Below are positions 1 to 8,848 of a stretch of DNA of 64,000 nt, piece after piece; within the stretch, counting starts at the first letter, position 1, and each line of letters opens with the position of its first letter. Position numbers and translations under genes: made by a program. The stretch comes from an uncultured virus (IMG/VR IMGVR_UViG_3300010885_003647). Taxonomy: Duplodnaviria > Heunggongvirae > Uroviricota > Caudoviricetes. The DNA is taken from the IMG/VR virus record IMGVR_UViG_3300010885_003647. One strand, 5' to 3'. The notes below the pieces were generated by a model. It did no database searches and was not told the DNA's origin. It was given only the letters and a program-made list of their open reading frames with translations.

Positions 1-513
1 CTGCTCAAAAACTTCACGCTTAATTAACATGAAGCCAGTTCCCCCATTGGCGATCTCCATTGGTTCGTGGGCATAGCCTGTCTTGGTCGTTTCGCCTTCA
101 GGAAGGTTTAAAACAAACGCACCTGTATGCTTGTTGAGTTCTTGCGGTGGTACACCAGCCTTAAGCGCTTCAGAAACTTGTAGCCAATTGATTTCTTTCT
201 TAGGGTATAGACCGCAGATGATACCTTTGTCAGCCTGCAACATAGCAGGAAAGTCGTTAGGATTAAATGTAATGTCAGCATCAATAAAGAATAAGTGCGT
301 AGCATCTGAATTTAAGAAGTCGTATGCCATGCTGTTACGAGCACGGGTAATCAAAGACTCATTCATCATATAGGCATAGTACATTTGGATGCCGTTCTGT
401 CCTGCCACACCAGCTAACTGTAATAGTGCGCTAGTATATCCACCAGTACATAGACCGCCGTACATTGGTGTTGCTACAAAAATCTTAGGGGGGTTAGTTT
501 TTTTGTTGCTCAT
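1..513 (-). CDS. GT-A-fold glycosyltransferase-like protein (partial, runs off the window; absent from the ORF track)
   Basis: Manual translation MSNKKTNPPKIFVATPMYGG...ESLITRARN...HLFFIDADI...GTGFMLIKREVFE shows a DxD motif and a GT2-like layout. The ATG at 513 overlaps the upstream TGA. Confidence 0.75.
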   Translation of the reverse strand, partial: MSNKKTNPPKIFVATPMYGGLCTGGYTSALLQLAGVAGQNGIQMYYAYMMNESLITRARNSMAYDFLNSDATHLFFIDADITFNPNDFPAMLQADKGIICGLYPKKEINWLQVSEALKAGVPPQELNKHTGAFVLNLPEGETTKTGYAHEPMEIANGGTGFMLIKREVFEQ

Positions 514-758
514 TTCTTCTTTCCTTTTGGTTTAATTTCTATTTCTGTATGGTTGCGATCTATTTCCATAATGTCTAATGCTATGTTCTCAATCTTGTCG
601 CTTAGGTCTTGTAGTAAATCTGCCGCCGCCCATAACGCACCGCTTTCAGAATCATTAGATATTTTTTCAGCTACAAGTTCTACAATCATTGAAGCACTAT
701 GTACCTTGTATCCCAGTTCGCTAACCTTGTTAGCTTTTCCCCATAAATTGTCAATCAT
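510..758 (-). CDS. hypothetical protein
   Basis: 82-aa ORF tightly packed in the minus-strand operon. Confidence 0.7.
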   Translation of the reverse strand: MIDNLWGKANKVSELGYKVHSASMIVELVAEKISNDSESGALWAAADLLQDLSDKIENIALDIMEIDRNHTEIEIKPKGKKK

Positions 759-974
759 TTAGCATCTCCCGTCCATGTCAAGTTTTTCTTTTTTAGCTAT
801 CTTCTTGCGTAGCTTGATGCCTTCTTTAGCGTTCTCGTTCTGCTTAACATAAGCTTCTAGGATATGTAGGATACCTTCTTGCACTAAAAATTCCAAGCCT
901 TCTTTATCAAAGTCTACTTCCGCATTGGCAGAACCATCTTTGTTTTCTTTAATGATGCGTAACTTAATTTCCAT
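759..974 (-). CDS. hypothetical protein
   Basis: 71-aa ORF with GGAG SD, abutting its neighbours. Confidence 0.7.
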   Translation of the reverse strand: MEIKLRIIKENKDGSANAEVDFDKEGLEFLVQEGILHILEAYVKQNENAKEGIKLRKKIAKKEKLDMDGRC

Positions 975-1091
975 TTAGTTCTCCCTGTGGTAGTAATGTG
1001 TTGGGTTGTTAAGCATTGATTTAATTGCTTGATCTATTGTGTCAAACCAAGCTATGTGCCAGCCGTCTTTTGTACGTACTTTAAAACTCAT
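975..1091 (-). CDS. small hypothetical protein (38 aa, not in ORF track)
   Basis: MSFKVRTKDGWHIAWFDTIDQAIKSMLNNPTHYYHREN fills the gap exactly, with an ATGA overlap. Confidence 0.6.
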   Translation of the reverse strand: MSFKVRTKDGWHIAWFDTIDQAIKSMLNNPTHYYHREN

Positions 1092-1777
1092 TTTAATCTC
1101 CAAGGGAGTATCGGTTTGTATCCGTTTTTCATTAGTTTGTTCCCTTCGATAAACATTTTAAGTAATCTTTCGGGCGCTCTGTAATTAACTGTAGCCTCTC
1201 CTGTGCATCCGAAGGCAGGCAAGCTTGTGCTGGCAGCTTTATAGAAGGGCCGATCTGCACCCCACTGACCATAAAAACTGTGCGCCACAGTAACCAAGAA
1301 TTCACGCCGAAAGCAATAACAATTAGTATCGACAAAATTGAGAGAATGGTCATAAAACGCCGGGTAGCGACCGAGTGATTCGCAATCATCATCACAAACA
1401 TATTGTCCTGATTCATCGCATATTCTCCTTAAACTATATGCCCACATTAGGTCTTTACTTTTAATCTTGTTAATCATTGTTTCTACATGGTTTGGCTCGA
1501 ACCAATTATCTTCGTCTAAGAACAAAATGTAATCAGCGTTTACCATTAGTGGCATAGCCGCATAAACTCGGTGTCCGTACCAGCCGTTACCACCTACGTT
1601 TTCAGGTAAAGTAATAAAGTCAAAACTGCCATTGAAAGAAAGAGGTAGTTTAGTTTCAACTTCTCCACCATCAAGCACCAACAGATGCTCTGTCTTAACA
1701 GTTTGATTTCTTACACTCTCTACGGCTTTAATTACCGTATCTTTCCCAGTAGTCGGGGTAATTACCATTACTCTCAT
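1088..1777 (-). CDS. family 2 glycosyltransferase
   Basis: VMVITPT...AVESVRNQT...VLDG...YILFLDEDNW (DxD) GT2 signature. Confidence 0.85.
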   Translation of the reverse strand: MRVMVITPTTGKDTVIKAVESVRNQTVKTEHLLVLDGGEVETKLPLSFNGSFDFITLPENVGGNGWYGHRVYAAMPLMVNADYILFLDEDNWFEPNHVETMINKIKSKDLMWAYSLRRICDESGQYVCDDDCESLGRYPAFYDHSLNFVDTNCYCFRREFLVTVAHSFYGQWGADRPFYKAASTSLPAFGCTGEATVNYRAPERLLKMFIEGNKLMKNGYKPILPWRLK

Positions 1778-2652
1778 TTCATCCTCGATGTAGCGTTTAT
1801 CACAAAAGCAATAGCCTCGTTAAGACTTGGTTCTTTGAGTAATAAGGGTTGCTCGTAGATATAGGTGTATTTAATAATGCTTTCTTCGTTTGCTTTAATA
1901 TCATTTATAAAGCTTGTCATCTTTTTAATTTCTTGGTAGTTCAAAAAAGCCTTGTAATTAAAGTCTTCAGCCACAGATATATCCCCGCTATAGATAGGTA
2001 CAGTACCTCCCGCATAAGCATCTAATAACTTCTCAGTAATGTATCCATCGTAGATTGAATTTTCAGGACACAAACAAAACTTGTACTCAGGTAGTATTGC
2101 AAACTTAGACTTACGCAAGGGGTTACTAAACATATTTCCATACCCATCTACCTGTTTGTACTTAGAGATAGAGTTGAACAGGTTTATACGCAAGCCTTCA
2201 GGGTTGTTAGCTATCAAGGCACAGAACTTATCCTTAATACTCATATCTAACCTACGAGTCTTTGTTAATGGATAGATAGGGATTAACTGTTCGTACCCAT
2301 GATTGTGGTGATTGTCGTGCCTAGGCTTTTGCTTGAACCCAGGCCAAGCTAATCGAGAATACCAAAGTGGTAAGCGGACATTACGCCCACCATAAGTATC
2401 GAAATCAAAAGAGAGGCTGTGATTGTAATTAATAAAACTTGGTCGTACATTTTCGCCGATAAAAGCAAGTGTCTTTTTGGGGTCAGTTTGTACATTCCCA
2501 AAGACAGAAGTAACACAGATATCAGCGGTGTAAGGATTATCGCTATACTCGATACTACCAAAACAAGAACGCAAAAAGTAATCAAAGAAGTCATCTTGAA
2601 AAGCCCCTTCCCAAAAGTTAGCTACAAATATCTTTTTCATTGTTTCATCCAA
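1774..2652 (-). CDS. family 10 glycosyltransferase (alpha-1,3-fucosyltransferase-like)
   Basis: YKFCLCPENSIYDGYITEKLLDAYAGGTVPIYSG matches the GT10 motif. The true start may be the MKKIF ATG. Confidence 0.85.
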   Translation of the reverse strand: MDETMKKIFVANFWEGAFQDDFFDYFLRSCFGSIEYSDNPYTADICVTSVFGNVQTDPKKTLAFIGENVRPSFINYNHSLSFDFDTYGGRNVRLPLWYSRLAWPGFKQKPRHDNHHNHGYEQLIPIYPLTKTRRLDMSIKDKFCALIANNPEGLRINLFNSISKYKQVDGYGNMFSNPLRKSKFAILPEYKFCLCPENSIYDGYITEKLLDAYAGGTVPIYSGDISVAEDFNYKAFLNYQEIKKMTSFINDIKANEESIIKYTYIYEQPLLLKEPSLNEAIAFVINATSRMK

Positions 2653-2840
2653 TCAAAAAAATCACCTAGTGTTATCCCTCGTTTACGCAGTTCGTTGCGT
2701 AACTTATTAAGTGCTCGTCTTTCTATATCCGCTACTGCCGCCCTTGTAATGCCAAGAGCATCTGCTACTTCTTGTTGCGTCATGTCTGCTTGGGGTGGTT
2801 TATTTCTCTTGTCTTGCATCCCGCTTTTCTTTCGCCGCAT
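2637..2840 (-). CDS. stand-alone sigma-70 region 4-like HTH protein
   Basis: MTQQEVADALGITRAAVADIERRALNKLR; likely start at 2819. Confidence 0.7.
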   Translation of the reverse strand: MRRKKSGMQDKRNKPPQADMTQQEVADALGITRAAVADIERRALNKLRNELRKRGITLGDFFDWMKQ

Positions 2841-2982
2841 GCGCCAACAAACGCATCTCCGCTACTGCATCTAAAGCTACATCAATTGCTTCGTTGTACT
2901 TACCTCTAGTCATCGCTTCTTCATACTCTTTTAACAATTTCCTTGTCTCTAATAAAAACGATGCGTAATCAATCATTAACAT
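2800..2982 (-). CDS. hypothetical protein
   Basis: 60-aa helical ORF coupled to the polymerase stop. Confidence 0.6.
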   Translation of the reverse strand: MLMIDYASFLLETRKLLKEYEEAMTRGKYNEAIDVALDAVAEMRLLAHAAKEKRDARQEK

Positions 2983-4805
2983 TCTCCATAACTATTTCCA
3001 TAACTCGCTTCACAATTTAAGGGTAGAGTTTTAGCCCACTCGGGTCTCCACCGCATACAGTCCATTACATACTTAATTGCTTCTTCCTTATCTTCTTCTT
3101 TAGCTATACAAGCTACGGCATCGTGGACAGTCAGCACTACTTGGTATTTCTGTCCTATCTTTATCATCTGTTCTGCAATGATACAGCGTGCAACGGCTTG
3201 GCACAAGTTCTCAACCACCTTTCCACCATACAATTTGACTGCGCCCCGTCTTGTCTTGTATTGGTATTGAGTGCCACCTTCAGGCTCTACTATTTTCTCA
3301 AGCCCTTCGTATCGTTGCCACAATCCACTAGGTAGTAGGAAGCCCTTATGCTCTGCACTAAACTCAAGCACCCCAGCTAGTCCTAAGTCTGCACCTTTAG
3401 ATGTAATGATTGCTTCTAAGCATCTTCCCGCACTTTTCCATAGGTCAGGTATTTTAGGATAAGTCTGTCTGTAGATTTCGATAATACGATTGGCTTCCCC
3501 CTCCTCAATTTCCACACCGAATGTTTTGAGTTGCGCCCTGAATTTCGTACTGCCCATGCCGTAGCCACATCCAAGTATTGTCGTCTTACCAACGAACCTC
3601 TCATGCGCCGTAACTTTTGATTCATCCTTGTTGTAGATAGCCGATGCCATGATCTTGTAAACATCTTCGTTCCTTTCAAATGCTTCAACCAAGTCCTGTT
3701 GTCCTGCTAACCATGCAACCGTTCTAGCTTCTATCTGTGATGAGTCTGAGTCGATAATCACATAGCCTTCAGGGGGTACAATGGCACGCTTTAACTTGCC
3801 TGCGTTTTGACCACGACTAGGTAGGTTCTGTAAGTTAATCTTGGCATCACCACCCCATCGCCCTGTGTGTGCCGCATAGTATTTAATAGGTACTGGAAGA
3901 TCACCACGCTTGGCTATGTCTATGAACCTTTGCGTTCTTGTTTCTTCAAGAGTTGATTTGTTTCCCAACCGAGCCGCCACCAAAGCTTGAACACGAATGT
4001 CAGGAAAAGAAGCCAGTTCCTTGAACCCCTCATCTGTCTTAGCAAAAGCCCACGCAACCTTACCTGTTCGTGCTGATATCTTTGTAGGTGGTTCTACCTT
4101 TAGGCTTTGTAGTATCTCAGCAAACTTATCATTTGACATCAAGGTATCTTTATCAGCCAAGCAAGCCTCAAGCAAGCGTTCCTTCTTGTTCTTCGTATCC
4201 TCTAGGTGTTGCTCTAGTAGTGGTAGGTTTAGTTGTAGTACAGGGTCTATAAACATCCTTAGCGTAATATCAATAACCTTTAGTTCTTTCTTAGGGAAGC
4301 CATTCTGCATAAAGGTATTGAATAGTGCCCATGTTAAGTCCACATCATTCACGCAGTATTTACCATACCTAGCCATCTCGTAGTCACTAAAATCTGTACG
4401 ACGATAACCTAACGCATCATTAACCTCAGTACCCTTCTCACCTAACTTATATCTCTCTACCAATACAGCCAAGCTACCACCCGCATCTACCCCATGAATC
4501 GCCCTAGCCATGCAAAGAGTGTCGAGCCAACCTTTAGGCTTAATATTAAAATGCCACGAAAGAATTGCCCCATCAAACTGAGCATTATGAGCAAGCACCA
4601 AACTGTTAGCCCAATCATATCGAGAAAGAAAGTTACGCACCTCTTCCATACTTCCTGTAAACCATTCGGTAACACCATCGTTCTCCTTAACTGCGATACC
4701 GATTACTTCAAACCGATCATCACGCACATACTCTTCTGTTGTATATTTCTTTAACCCATAGTCCTTATCGTAATAAGTTTCTAGGTCTACTGTAATTATT
4801 TTCAT
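2976..4805 (-). CDS. polA: DNA polymerase, family A, with 3'-5' exonuclease domain
   Basis: ExoI DLET, ExoII AHNAQFD, HTGRWGG, NLQNLP, motif A DSSQIEAR, motif B RFVGKTTILGCGYG, motif C TVHD. Confidence 0.95.
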   Translation of the reverse strand: MKIITVDLETYYDKDYGLKKYTTEEYVRDDRFEVIGIAVKENDGVTEWFTGSMEEVRNFLSRYDWANSLVLAHNAQFDGAILSWHFNIKPKGWLDTLCMARAIHGVDAGGSLAVLVERYKLGEKGTEVNDALGYRRTDFSDYEMARYGKYCVNDVDLTWALFNTFMQNGFPKKELKVIDITLRMFIDPVLQLNLPLLEQHLEDTKNKKERLLEACLADKDTLMSNDKFAEILQSLKVEPPTKISARTGKVAWAFAKTDEGFKELASFPDIRVQALVAARLGNKSTLEETRTQRFIDIAKRGDLPVPIKYYAAHTGRWGGDAKINLQNLPSRGQNAGKLKRAIVPPEGYVIIDSDSSQIEARTVAWLAGQQDLVEAFERNEDVYKIMASAIYNKDESKVTAHERFVGKTTILGCGYGMGSTKFRAQLKTFGVEIEEGEANRIIEIYRQTYPKIPDLWKSAGRCLEAIITSKGADLGLAGVLEFSAEHKGFLLPSGLWQRYEGLEKIVEPEGGTQYQYKTRRGAVKLYGGKVVENLCQAVARCIIAEQMIKIGQKYQVVLTVHDAVACIAKEEDKEEAIKYVMDCMRWRPEWAKTLPLNCEASYGNSYGEC

Positions 4806-5104
4806 TTTGCTTTTGCACTTGAGTAGGTAATACTTGAACCTTCAGCTTTTAATATAGGTCTACCAAACGGTTCAAATATCTCATCATCTGATTCTTCAAC
4901 CATCAATTTCTTTAATACTTCTTTATTAAACTGTGGCATGACTACATTGCGTAACGCATCCGTCAAAGCTTTGCTTTCTTCTTCGGTAAAAAAATCCTTA
5001 TAACGGTCAATGATTAGCGACCACTTATGGTACTTTTCTCCACCCAAAAATTCTTCAGGGTTAGTCTTGATTCTTTCTAATAGAATCTTTACACCTGATT
5101 CCAT
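4802..5104 (-). CDS. hypothetical protein
   Basis: ORF-track 4802..5161; the more likely start is MESGVK at 5104, which has an AAGGAG SD. Confidence 0.65.
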   Translation of the reverse strand: MESGVKILLERIKTNPEEFLGGEKYHKWSLIIDRYKDFFTEEESKALTDALRNVVMPQFNKEVLKKLMVEESDDEIFEPFGRPILKAEGSSITYSSAKAK

Positions 5105-5105
5105 A

Positions 5106-5393
5106 TCATTCTCCTTCAGTTGGTACTTCGTCACATCTCTCAACCAATGCGGCATACCCACATATATCTACTAAGTTATCCCTATGACTAGGGTCGTTAG
5201 CAAACCTAGCAACCTTAACTAACATCATCAATGCGGCAACATCCTTAGCGTTTAGTTCGTCTAAGTCTTTAGATAGCGCACCTAAGTAAGCCTTCCACAT
5301 CACCGCAATAGTATTTAAGTTCTTACTAGGGTGTCCGTATGTCTTCTCTCTATCACCATAGATAATCGCATTAGCTTCCTTGAGTATTGTCAC
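5106..5393 (-). CDS. DUF6378-like protein (phage nucleotide-metabolism-associated)
   Basis: ILKEANAIIYGDREKTYGHP...LVKVAR...HRDNLVDICGYAAL pattern, recalled family. Confidence 0.7.
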   Translation of the reverse strand: MTILKEANAIIYGDREKTYGHPSKNLNTIAVMWKAYLGALSKDLDELNAKDVAALMMLVKVARFANDPSHRDNLVDICGYAALVERCDEVPTEGE

Positions 5394-5482
5394 TTACTAC
5401 CCCTTAAAAATAACCATACGACAATGATCGCTACACCCATAGCAACCATGAACCCTACCTCTATGTAGTTAAACACACTCAT
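5390..5482 (-). CDS. small single-TM membrane protein (30 aa, not in ORF track)
   Basis: MSVFNYIEVGFMVAMGVAIIVVWLFLRGSK, with stop/start overlaps at both ends. Confidence 0.6.
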   Translation of the reverse strand: MSVFNYIEVGFMVAMGVAIIVVWLFLRGSK

Positions 5483-5829
5483 ACACCCTCCGTCTTTATT
5501 AAGTCAAACAATGCGCCAGGGTACTTAGCACCTTTACCTTCGGCTATCTCTAATAAAAGTAACTTCAATGCGCCTGTACCTGTTTCATCTACTAAGAAAG
5601 AAAACCCACCCGCACCTACTATCATCATTAGATTCTTTTCTTGTAGTGCCGTAGCCGTACCACCATTTGCTTTGCACTCAATACCTATGAACCTACCACT
5701 CAAGCAGGCAACGATGTCAGGGATACCTGAAGAACCATACCCACTAGCAACAGGGTAGAAATGGTAAGCACCCACTTCTTTAAGGATACTTACCACCTTG
5801 TTCTTAACTTTCTTTTCGGGAGTCGTCAT
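5479..5829 (-). CDS. VRR-NUC domain nuclease (PD-(D/E)xK)
   Basis: TPEKKVK...GIPDIVAC..GRFIGIECKA...TALQ. Confidence 0.85.
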   Translation of the reverse strand: MTTPEKKVKNKVVSILKEVGAYHFYPVASGYGSSGIPDIVACLSGRFIGIECKANGGTATALQEKNLMMIVGAGGFSFLVDETGTGALKLLLLEIAEGKGAKYPGALFDLIKTEGV

Positions 5830-6134
5830 AGTTTATGTTTGCAAGGTACAACAAATCCTCGGTACATACTTATATGAAGTGTCTTCGGCTCGTTATAAAA
5901 CTCTCTTTGCCTAACTCTTGCATTGATATCCGTATAAGATACTGAACCATCTTTCTGTTCTACTGCCGTATCTAAAAACGCATTAGGGTTCTCTGCATGT
6001 AGTTGTGCCAATACCTTATTAATCTTTTCAGAAGTTTCTTTCTCGCTTTGTGCAGTATGTCGCTTACGATTGTCACCATACCATCCACTTGAAGCGGCAC
6101 GCAGTCTTGCTTGTTGGTCTAAACTTAAAAACAT
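5826..6134 (-). CDS. hypothetical protein
   Basis: 102-aa ORF with AAGGAG SD. Confidence 0.7.
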   Translation of the reverse strand: MFLSLDQQARLRAASSGWYGDNRKRHTAQSEKETSEKINKVLAQLHAENPNAFLDTAVEQKDGSVSYTDINARVRQREFYNEPKTLHISMYRGFVVPCKHKL

Positions 6135-6143
6135 ATTATCTCC

Positions 6144-6287
6144 TTAGCACATGATTGGTTTGAAAGGTCCTTCAGATGCGGTATCCCAACAACACATACC
6201 ACCCCGACCATCAGGTACACACTTAACTCCTGCGTATACACCGAATGACATAGCTACTAACATTAATCCCACTAACATCTTCTTCAT
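6144..6287 (-). CDS. small secreted cysteine-rich peptide (47 aa, not in ORF track)
   Basis: MKKMLVGLMLVAMSFGVYA-GVKCVPDGRGGMCCWDTASEGPFKPIMC has a Sec-type signal peptide, an AGGAG SD and an ATGA overlap. Confidence 0.7.
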   Translation of the reverse strand: MKKMLVGLMLVAMSFGVYAGVKCVPDGRGGMCCWDTASEGPFKPIMC

Positions 6288-6490
6288 TTCACTCTCCTCT
6301 TTGGTTTAACTGCGACAATACCTTCTTCGGTTTCTTTCTTGCGTGCCTCTAGCATGGCATCAGCTATCTCCCACACTTCTTTAGCATCAAACACACTAGC
6401 CCTACTAAGTAAGCCGTTCAAAGCAAACATAGCAAAGGCATCTCTTAAATCGTTTTCATTCATGTCTTGCTTTCGTGATACTGATTCCAT
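6284..6490 (-). CDS. hypothetical phage protein
   Basis: LRDAFAMFALNGLL...IADAMLEAR motif common in phage small proteins; probable start is MNEND. Confidence 0.7.
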   Translation of the reverse strand: MESVSRKQDMNENDLRDAFAMFALNGLLSRASVFDAKEVWEIADAMLEARKKETEEGIVAVKPKRRVK

Positions 6491-6744
6491 TGTTTAGGTG
6501 ATACTTCCACATAATAGAGTTTGTCGCCTCGCCACTTACCCATACCATCAACGAATACACCTCTACCCGCCGTTCTTAGTAACGCTATCTTGTCGGCTAT
6601 GAATATAGGTAGTTCTCCGTATTGGCATTGATACCATTTGGGTTCGAATAACTTACCCGCTAGTAACTCTACCTGTGTAGATATATGTATCTGCCCATTA
6701 AGTAACTCAACACGAATAGGTGCTAAGCTTTCTTTATCTTGCAT
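6460..6744 (-). CDS. hypothetical protein, similar to the C-terminus of the 6807..7613 product
   Basis: 94-aa ORF downstream of the promoter at 6776-6804. Confidence 0.7.
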   Translation of the reverse strand: MQDKESLAPIRVELLNGQIHISTQVELLAGKLFEPKWYQCQYGELPIFIADKIALLRTAGRGVFVDGMGKWRGDKLYYVEVSPKQWNQYHESKT

Positions 6745-6775
6745 ACTCTTCCTTATAATTAGGATTTATTGTTAC

Positions 6776-6804
6776 ATTGTAAAGGCTACATACCACATAG
6801 TCAA
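6776..6804 (-). promoter_or_regulatory. sigma70 promoter
   Basis: TTGACT-17 bp-TACAAT on the minus strand. Confidence 0.75.
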
Positions 6805-6806
6805 TA

Positions 6807-7613
6807 CTATTGAGTCAAAATAAAGTAGGTGTTTTCCCCATCCCTATAACCTATCTCAGGGAGTAAGGTGTTCTTGTCTACAAGTTTGAGTAAAGAGATA
6901 CGGTTTCTGGTGTCTTCAGGTAGCGCATCAACATCGCTTAGTTCTTTAGGTTCTAAGGCATGACCATTGGGGATAAAGATAGTCTTGTCAGGTCGTACCA
7001 TAATAGTATCGAACCTAGGCTTGATCTCTGCTTTACGCATCATCTCCTCGTATGCCTCAATACCTTGAGCCGCTTTCTTAAACTGCTCTGTTTCAAACTG
7101 AACCCCAAGAGATAGTAGGTGTTTAACTTCCTTGTATATCTCCTCATGCCCTATCCTAAAAGGATACACCGCTTTGTTATCTGTACCTATCCAAGACTCA
7201 TGCGCTCTCTCAGCGTTACGCTTACCCTTATTAGATATCTCATGCCAACCAAACGGCTCGATACTATCCATCGCAATCTTCAAAGCTTTCTTCAAGTCCT
7301 TAGTTCTACGAGATGAGTGCTCGTTACCCCAATGCCCAAACTTATCGTTCTGAATCTTGCGTGATGTAACTTTGTATTCCTTATCGTTACGAGTACCGTA
7401 TATCCACTCGACTACCCCTGCAAGGTCAGCTTCTTCTTCCGTAAACCTAGAATCTTTAAAGCGTAACTGCCAAAACTCAGGTTTGTATTGGCTTTGATGC
7501 GCCGATACTGTCAGACAGTACGGAATCTTTGCATGCTTTAACTCCATAGCATTTAAGAATTCCAATACAGGTTCGCTTAGTACAGTCTTATCTACATCTA
7601 TTGTGTTTAACAT
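6807..7613 (-). CDS. hypothetical early protein
   Basis: ORF-track 6807..7628; ATG at 7613 with GAGGAGG SD. Confidence 0.8.
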   Translation of the reverse strand: MLNTIDVDKTVLSEPVLEFLNAMELKHAKIPYCLTVSAHQSQYKPEFWQLRFKDSRFTEEEADLAGVVEWIYGTRNDKEYKVTSRKIQNDKFGHWGNEHSSRRTKDLKKALKIAMDSIEPFGWHEISNKGKRNAERAHESWIGTDNKAVYPFRIGHEEIYKEVKHLLSLGVQFETEQFKKAAQGIEAYEEMMRKAEIKPRFDTIMVRPDKTIFIPNGHALEPKELSDVDALPEDTRNRISLLKLVDKNTLLPEIGYRDGENTYFILTQ

Positions 7614-7614
7614 T

Positions 7615-7788
7615 TTATTCCTCCTCAATTAAGTCTGCTTCTTCACATACGAACTTTAAGTCCATATCCCATATACCAAACCTTGTGCGATTCACTTCTT
7701 TAATCGCCTCGAGTTCAGCTTGCACAGGGCTATTTGCTTCGACCTCTACATATGCAACCCCCGTTACTAACACTTGATACTTAGCCAT
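7615..7788 (-). CDS. small hypothetical protein (57 aa, not in ORF track)
   Basis: MAKYQVLVTGVAYVEVEANSPVQAELEAI..., with AGGAGG SD. Confidence 0.7.
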   Translation of the reverse strand: MAKYQVLVTGVAYVEVEANSPVQAELEAIKEVNRTRFGIWDMDLKFVCEEADLIEEE

Positions 7789-7797
7789 ACATCCTCC

Positions 7798-8637
7798 TTA
7801 GAACATAGACAAAATGTCGTCTACCTTAGACTTCACCGAACTACGGATAGCTTCGGACTCACGCACATCATCAGGGTTTATACCTACTAAAGCTTTCTCT
7901 AACTTCTGACGAGCCTGCTCTAACTTAGGGTCGCTTGTTATGTTCAGCTTAGTCAATAGCCCACATAGTTCTGACGCATTGGTAATAGTTGTATCGTAGA
8001 ACTTTTTCTTCTTCTCGTCTGTGTAATCTAAGCGATCACTCATGTGAGTTAAAGTTTCATGCAAGCGTTTCCATGCCTCACCCATAGCATCCTTTAGCTT
8101 GGACTCATAGTAGCTTTTGTATTGTGCTTCTAACTCTGCCTTAGCTTCTTCCTCTACATCTACTCGGAAGTCCCCTACATCAGGCACAGGTGCAAACACA
8201 TAACGGAAACCAAACTTACCACGCAAGGTTTCAACATTGGGATATTCCCCTCGGTCAAACAAATCGCCAAGCGTAAACGCAGAACTTGATACCAGTTGCG
8301 GATACTCCGTAAGGAAATCCTCCACCGCCTCGTTGTACTTGCGCTCAAACTCACCAAGCACCGCCTTGTAATCAAAGAAGTTCTTCATAGGTAGCAACCG
8401 ACTGCCACCATCTGACCAAGGTAAGGTGTTCTGATTGTTCCATGTACGCACCTCACTAACAACCTTCTGCACTTGCTCTAGCTTATCTGACCCTGCCAAT
8501 AACTTCTTATGGTAGTTGCCTGCCCTAGCCTTAGTACCCTTAGCACTATCTACTTCCTCGGATACTTTCTTGTCCATCTTACGACCTGTCCACATAGAAA
8601 TGTTTAGGTCTACTAACATCGCATTATTTCCAATCAT
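7798..8637 (-). CDS. DUF3150-like protein
   Basis: MLVDLNISMWTGRKMD...TLPWSDGGSRLLP...YPNVETLRGKFGF; usual neighbour of phage AAA/vWA modules. Confidence 0.65.
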   Translation of the reverse strand: MIGNNAMLVDLNISMWTGRKMDKKVSEEVDSAKGTKARAGNYHKKLLAGSDKLEQVQKVVSEVRTWNNQNTLPWSDGGSRLLPMKNFFDYKAVLGEFERKYNEAVEDFLTEYPQLVSSSAFTLGDLFDRGEYPNVETLRGKFGFRYVFAPVPDVGDFRVDVEEEAKAELEAQYKSYYESKLKDAMGEAWKRLHETLTHMSDRLDYTDEKKKKFYDTTITNASELCGLLTKLNITSDPKLEQARQKLEKALVGINPDDVRESEAIRSSVKSKVDDILSMF

Positions 8638-8639
8638 GA

Positions 8640-8837
8640 TTACTCTCCTTGTAGTGGTACTATCTTCATCTTTAACTTAATACTGTCTGACAGTATTTGG
8701 TCACACATAACCTCCATAGCATTTGAGTGCGTAAGGGTTACACCTATCTGTGATTCCATCTTCTTCTTCGCATCTAAAAACTTCTTCTTTGCATCAGTCT
8801 TTAACATCAGCGTTTCAAATCCTCTAGCTATTGCCAT
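8640..8837 (-). CDS. small putative ribbon-helix-helix DNA-binding protein
   Basis: Likely start MAIARG at 8837 (AAGGAG SD). FETLML-KTDAKKKFLDAKKKME-THSNAMEVMC fits a strand-helix-helix pattern. Confidence 0.5.
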   Translation of the reverse strand: MAIARGFETLMLKTDAKKKFLDAKKKMESQIGVTLTHSNAMEVMCDQILSDSIKLKMKIVPLQGE

Positions 8838-8848
8838 TTCATTTCTCC

